From positions 21,762,001 through 21,826,000 of the forward strand of contig CM106586.1 of assembly GCA_048013815.1 (NCBI GenBank): a stretch of 64,000 nt of DNA, in the 5' to 3' direction. Every line of letters starts with the position of its first letter. The first letter of the stretch is position 1. The notes below the pieces were generated by a model that was not told the DNA's origin, made no database searches, and saw only the letters and a program-made list of their open reading frames with translations. Origin of the DNA: Setoptus koraiensis (taxonomy: Eukaryota > Animalia > Arthropoda). Positions 59,651-64,000 of the stretch are shown piece after piece. The translations under genes and the position numbers were made by a program.

Positions 59651-62600
59651 CATTAGATCAACGATGAAGCCAAGGCAGCTCGTAGTGTTGAATAATCGAC
59701 AATTTTTTGCTGATAACTCGTTTAGGTTGCTTGTCTGAAAAGGGCCACGTACGAACAGCGTGTTCACTTGCTGTCAGTTTGTTATATCACTATCAGTTGC
59801 GCCTGTATGACAAGTATAGTTCGAACAAAATTATCCCAATCTCACAAGTACAAAATGGATGGCAATTGATATACAGGTGCGCAAACACATAGCTTGGACA
59901 TTTTATTCAAGTTGATCTGCTGATATCATAAGCCACCGAGCTTCTCTGGTGGCTCCATTTATTCAAAGTTATATAGAGCTATGGCAGTATAGATAGTTTT
60001 TCCTCCTAGTGAATATGTCTATTTTTGCTAAATTGCGCAACGATGCGACAAGATGATGTCGGACGGCCAATGCATGCTAGTCGGCAATGAACTCCCGCAA
60101 CCATGTATGTGCAATATTAGAACAAAATTCACTCAAGTTCTAGAGCTTGGCCTGATGCTCATACTAATGGAAATCAATTTACAAGTATGTCACGGTTGGA
60201 TGTAAAAAAGAGAAAAAATAAATTTAAAAAGCCGGCGAGTTAGCTGAACTTATCATGCTGCATATTTGTCATAGATAAATCTTCGTAGGCACCATCGAAT
60301 GAGAAGGATAAGCAGCATGTGAAAAAGAATTTGAGAGGAAATTCAAAAAGTTAAATTAGTAAAGGAAATTTATAATTTCATTTCAAAGCACGCCCAGATG
60401 AAAAACCTCATGAATGGCATAGCAAACGATAATGAAAGAAAAACGAGCTCTCAACAAGTGACATAACATGCACTGTACAATGTACAATATCAATCTGATC
60501 ACTTGATTATTCACATGTACCGATGATGTACCGGTGTCTTGAAATGTCTTGCAGAATTGCTAGATATAAGCTGATTGCAAAGGACAAATGGTCCTGAGCA
60601 CCCATTAAATGCAAGTCAACCATCAAGTATCTGCAAAAGTACAGTGAGATTACTACTATGGATGTGGTGCTCAGGTGGATCTATTACTAGTTGAACTTCA
60701 ACTGTTGAAGTGCGAAAAAAAGGAATCGAGAGACTTTTTGCACACTTGAGCCAACCATTTCTAAAGTTATTTTGTGAATATGAATATGTTTCAACTGACT
60801 CGTGCTGGCATGTGATGGTAATGATCCGCAGAATCCCCATGATAAGGCAGTATTTTGAACGATCTTATCATGGCACATCATTAATTGTGGTGGATCCAGA
60901 CTCTGGATTCCAGAGTCTATCATCGGGACGGAGTACGTTTCCATCATTATATTCCTCTGAGCTAGCCAGGGAATTTAATATTGGAAACAAACATGTCTCT
61001 TACAAAAATTGAAAAATGAAGGAAAATTTCTGTTCAACGTAAGTGGGCTTAAATTGCACATCAATTCATATTCACGGAATGACTTTCTAGTGTTGACACG
61101 ATCCATGACAATTGACATTGATTGAAGATTAGTCCAATATGCAAATATATATCTTCAATGGACAAAAGTGATAAGTCACCAATTGAAAATACATATACTT
61201 GCATAGGTAGTTGACATGACACGCGTCATAGATGGTCGCTGACAATTGTGAGTCGAGATAAACGATGAATAAAGATAAAGTTTGTTTTTGCTACGAGCTT
61301 TCTAACAAATAGTACAGCAGTTATCTATTGATTGTGACATCATTCTGAACGAAATACAATATGGGTAGCAGCAAATCTATCACCTTTGTCGGTTCTTTGA
61401 AAGTTTCAATTCAATGCAGCTGGTTAGCTCTTACAAGTTGTTAGTCTGGAATACATGTAATCGTTTTGAAAGGTTACAATCATCTTGTTGTCGATAGAGT
61501 TGTCGATAGGTTGCCGGGCACGCTTGCCTGCTATCTGTAATCGGTATGCGAGTTGCCATTGGTTGGCATTATCTTTTGACAATTGACAATTGACAATTCA
61601 TGTGTGTTGCTAGTGGAATGGGAATCAACAGCCTGACACAAGTACGAGGCGAGGGTAATAAACGAGACAAATAACCATATAAAGTTGGTTGTAAAAGCGA
61701 CACGAACCTTGCGACTAGCACACTAGCATTACATAGCATTTAAGAATTAAGCTAGTTGGTGAGTCGACAGCATCAAGGTGAGTTGACAAGCGGACAAAAG
61801 TGACAATTTTCGATATTAATTACAATCAAGATGAAGAGGTTGTGTGTCACAATGGAAAAAACTATTACTGTCATGTTTGCCCATGCCTGTCAACGTTGTG
61901 TCAACAAATGCAAGTGTGTGGAACATTTTTGGTCACATGTACCCGACGCAACTAACAGCAAGCAACAACTAAATCAAGCGCTGGACACTGCTTAAGGAAT
62001 ATCTCATAGCTCAATGCCAAGGTGACGTCTGGTCAGTGAGACGCTAGTTTTGGGTACAATTTTCGCGCGACGTAATTGTTGATTAGTGACATTTTAGCAA
62101 CAATCTCATACTACACAAACAGGCCGATACATGTAATGCTTGCTTCGTTATCTTCATCTGTTTGTGTTTGTATATATTGTATCATCTGCAATCTGATTCG
62201 TTAATCACACACGCTACAGTGATCTGAAATCCGGATATAATTGCCTAAAATGTTGTTGTTTGCCCAACAATCTTTCCTGTTGTTTACAAGTTTTCTGCAA
62301 CTGCATGCCCGGTGCGCCGGCGTCGGCACATGAGCTGTTCAGCCGCACAAAGTGTGCAATTTGCGCCATGTTGAATGTTACATGACGCACAATAGTGAAC
62401 TAATACAGTGTAAAAGCCGGTGAGTTTGGGGAAAAAGTGTTGCCCGTAGATGACGCACAGAAAAGGCTAGCTTTATGTTAGGCAGCAGGCGAGTGATTCG
62501 CCTTACAACACTGTTAGAGTGTGTCTACTTGTCAGCTGATCAAGCGACAACATGCACAGTGAGTGCGTGGCGCGCAGTTGCAGACGTTGGGTCGCCTGGC

Positions 62601-64000
62601 CGGGCCGGGCCGGCCACGACTCACGCAGAGTGTGTTTGCGGCAGAGAGTTAAAACCCGCAGAGAGAGAGAGAGGGTAAACCTGCATACTGTGCAACTTGA
62701 TCTCCATGTGCGTGTGTGCTGCTGGTGTATAAATGTAAGTGTTTCTCAAGTGTGCTACTTTTCGGCGTGCATGAGCCAATCTAACAAGTCTCAAGAGTTG
62801 CTGCAGTCTTGTTGCCTAGCTTGGCCTGTACTCAATAATAAATGCAACCATCACAGTTCGATAGTTGCGATCATTCCCATTTTATTCGACGCCTATCGAA
62901 CGCAAATCCCCATAGAAACGAAGCCCCACAATTGTGGCGCCTACGACACAATAATCGAAATTAGCCAACACACACAGTTGAGACGATATAAGACGAGAAT
63001 ATAATTATATAAATATAATAATACCAGTACGGTGATAGCACTACAGTATCGTTAGCGACAGGGGAAACAACAACAACAACAACATTGCCAGCGCCACGCT
63101 CACTCGATACTATCGAGTCGATAGAAGTTTCAGAGTCAACGCTATTGTCCACTGGGGCAAACACAATTCGCTGGTTCACCTCGTTCGATTGCAGTCCAAC
63201 AGTCCACACCAGGCCAGCATTGGAAACATCCAAATCACTCGTATAATTATATTATAATAGATCGTCCATGACGATTCTAGGCCAATAAACAATTCGCCCG
63301 CGTTACAGCAACATCACAGACAGAATCGCCATTATTATTATCGTCGTCGTTACATTAGCTAGTTCTGTTGAGAGTCTGCTAGGATAGACACAGCCATAGA
63401 GAGACAGATAATATAAGAGATCTATTAGACACACTTATAGAATAACAATTTTTAAGAAAAAAAAACAATTCATTCACACTTAGGCGTGATTGATACAATT
63501 GTGAGCGAGGATCGCTAATCAAGTACCTATCGTTGTTATCTACACACACTTGTATCGTCATCATTATTATTGTTATTGTTGCCAATAATAGAGAGAATTT
63601 ACAACTAATACTACTACCACCACTATTATTATTAGATCAATTAATTTCACATACAAAGTACACTCATACATCTCGTATAGCCGTCTCGTACGATTCAAAT
63701 CTCACACACACACACACACACACACACTCAATATTAACTGTGGAGTAATATCACTCACCTCATCTGAGCCTTTTGTGTCAAGCTTAATTCATCAGTTTGC
63801 CAACCACCAGCCAGATCTAACAAGCAGCCACATCAACAGACGCCGCCGCCGCCGCGCCACTATTAATAAAAGCACTGATTCAACAGCGAAAGTGCCATCA
63901 CTATCTGGCTATCCATCCTAGCTACTACTCCAAATACGCCGCACACTGTAATACATACTCTAACACACATCGATACACAGTTTATATATATTTGTCTATA

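Noticed and set aside
62961-63240. Ser/Thr-rich possible + strand exon and 90-aa - strand ORF
   Set aside because: There is no identifiable domain, the strand is ambiguous, and I could not link it to other exons within the window.
1-64000. tRNA and rRNA genes
   Set aside because: GTTCGA hits (e.g. ~2890, ~13156, ~56530) lack cloverleaf context, and I saw no rRNA signature sequences.

Overview
Eukaryotic DNA from a compact animal genome with short (~70-190 nt) GT-AG introns and dense CA/TG microsatellites. It is probably an arthropod and looks mite-like, but the taxon is inferred. The centre (18.7-55.7 kb) is gene-dense and holds a COPS9/CSNAP-like protein with a long Ser-rich extension, PEX5, a two-pore (K2P/TWiK) K+ channel, an FMN-dependent hydroxyacid oxidase (HAO), bifunctional PAICS, ITFG1/LINKIN, TPP2, DNAJC3/P58IPK and emc/Id. 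It also holds a spliced gene, invisible to the ORF track, that encodes an atypical nuclear-receptor-like C4 zinc finger, and a small secreted QYG/PTN-repeat protein. The flanks (0-18.5 kb, 56-64 kb) are accessory-like, with a secreted 6-Cys peptide, several minisatellites and a diverged duplicated module (~130-520 vs ~15920-16320). The most striking structure is a repeat family found at two loci. The same ~50-bp left flank, ~50-bp right flank and 75-bp stem-loop unit enclose different interiors: a 158-aa ORF between ~400-bp inverted arms at 16.7-18.5 kb, and a ~143-bp near-perfect fold-back hairpin at 58.2-59.0 kb, itself nested between ~420-bp direct repeats. I saw no rRNA, tRNA or CRISPR array. 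All identifications are by motif recognition only; no database searches were run.
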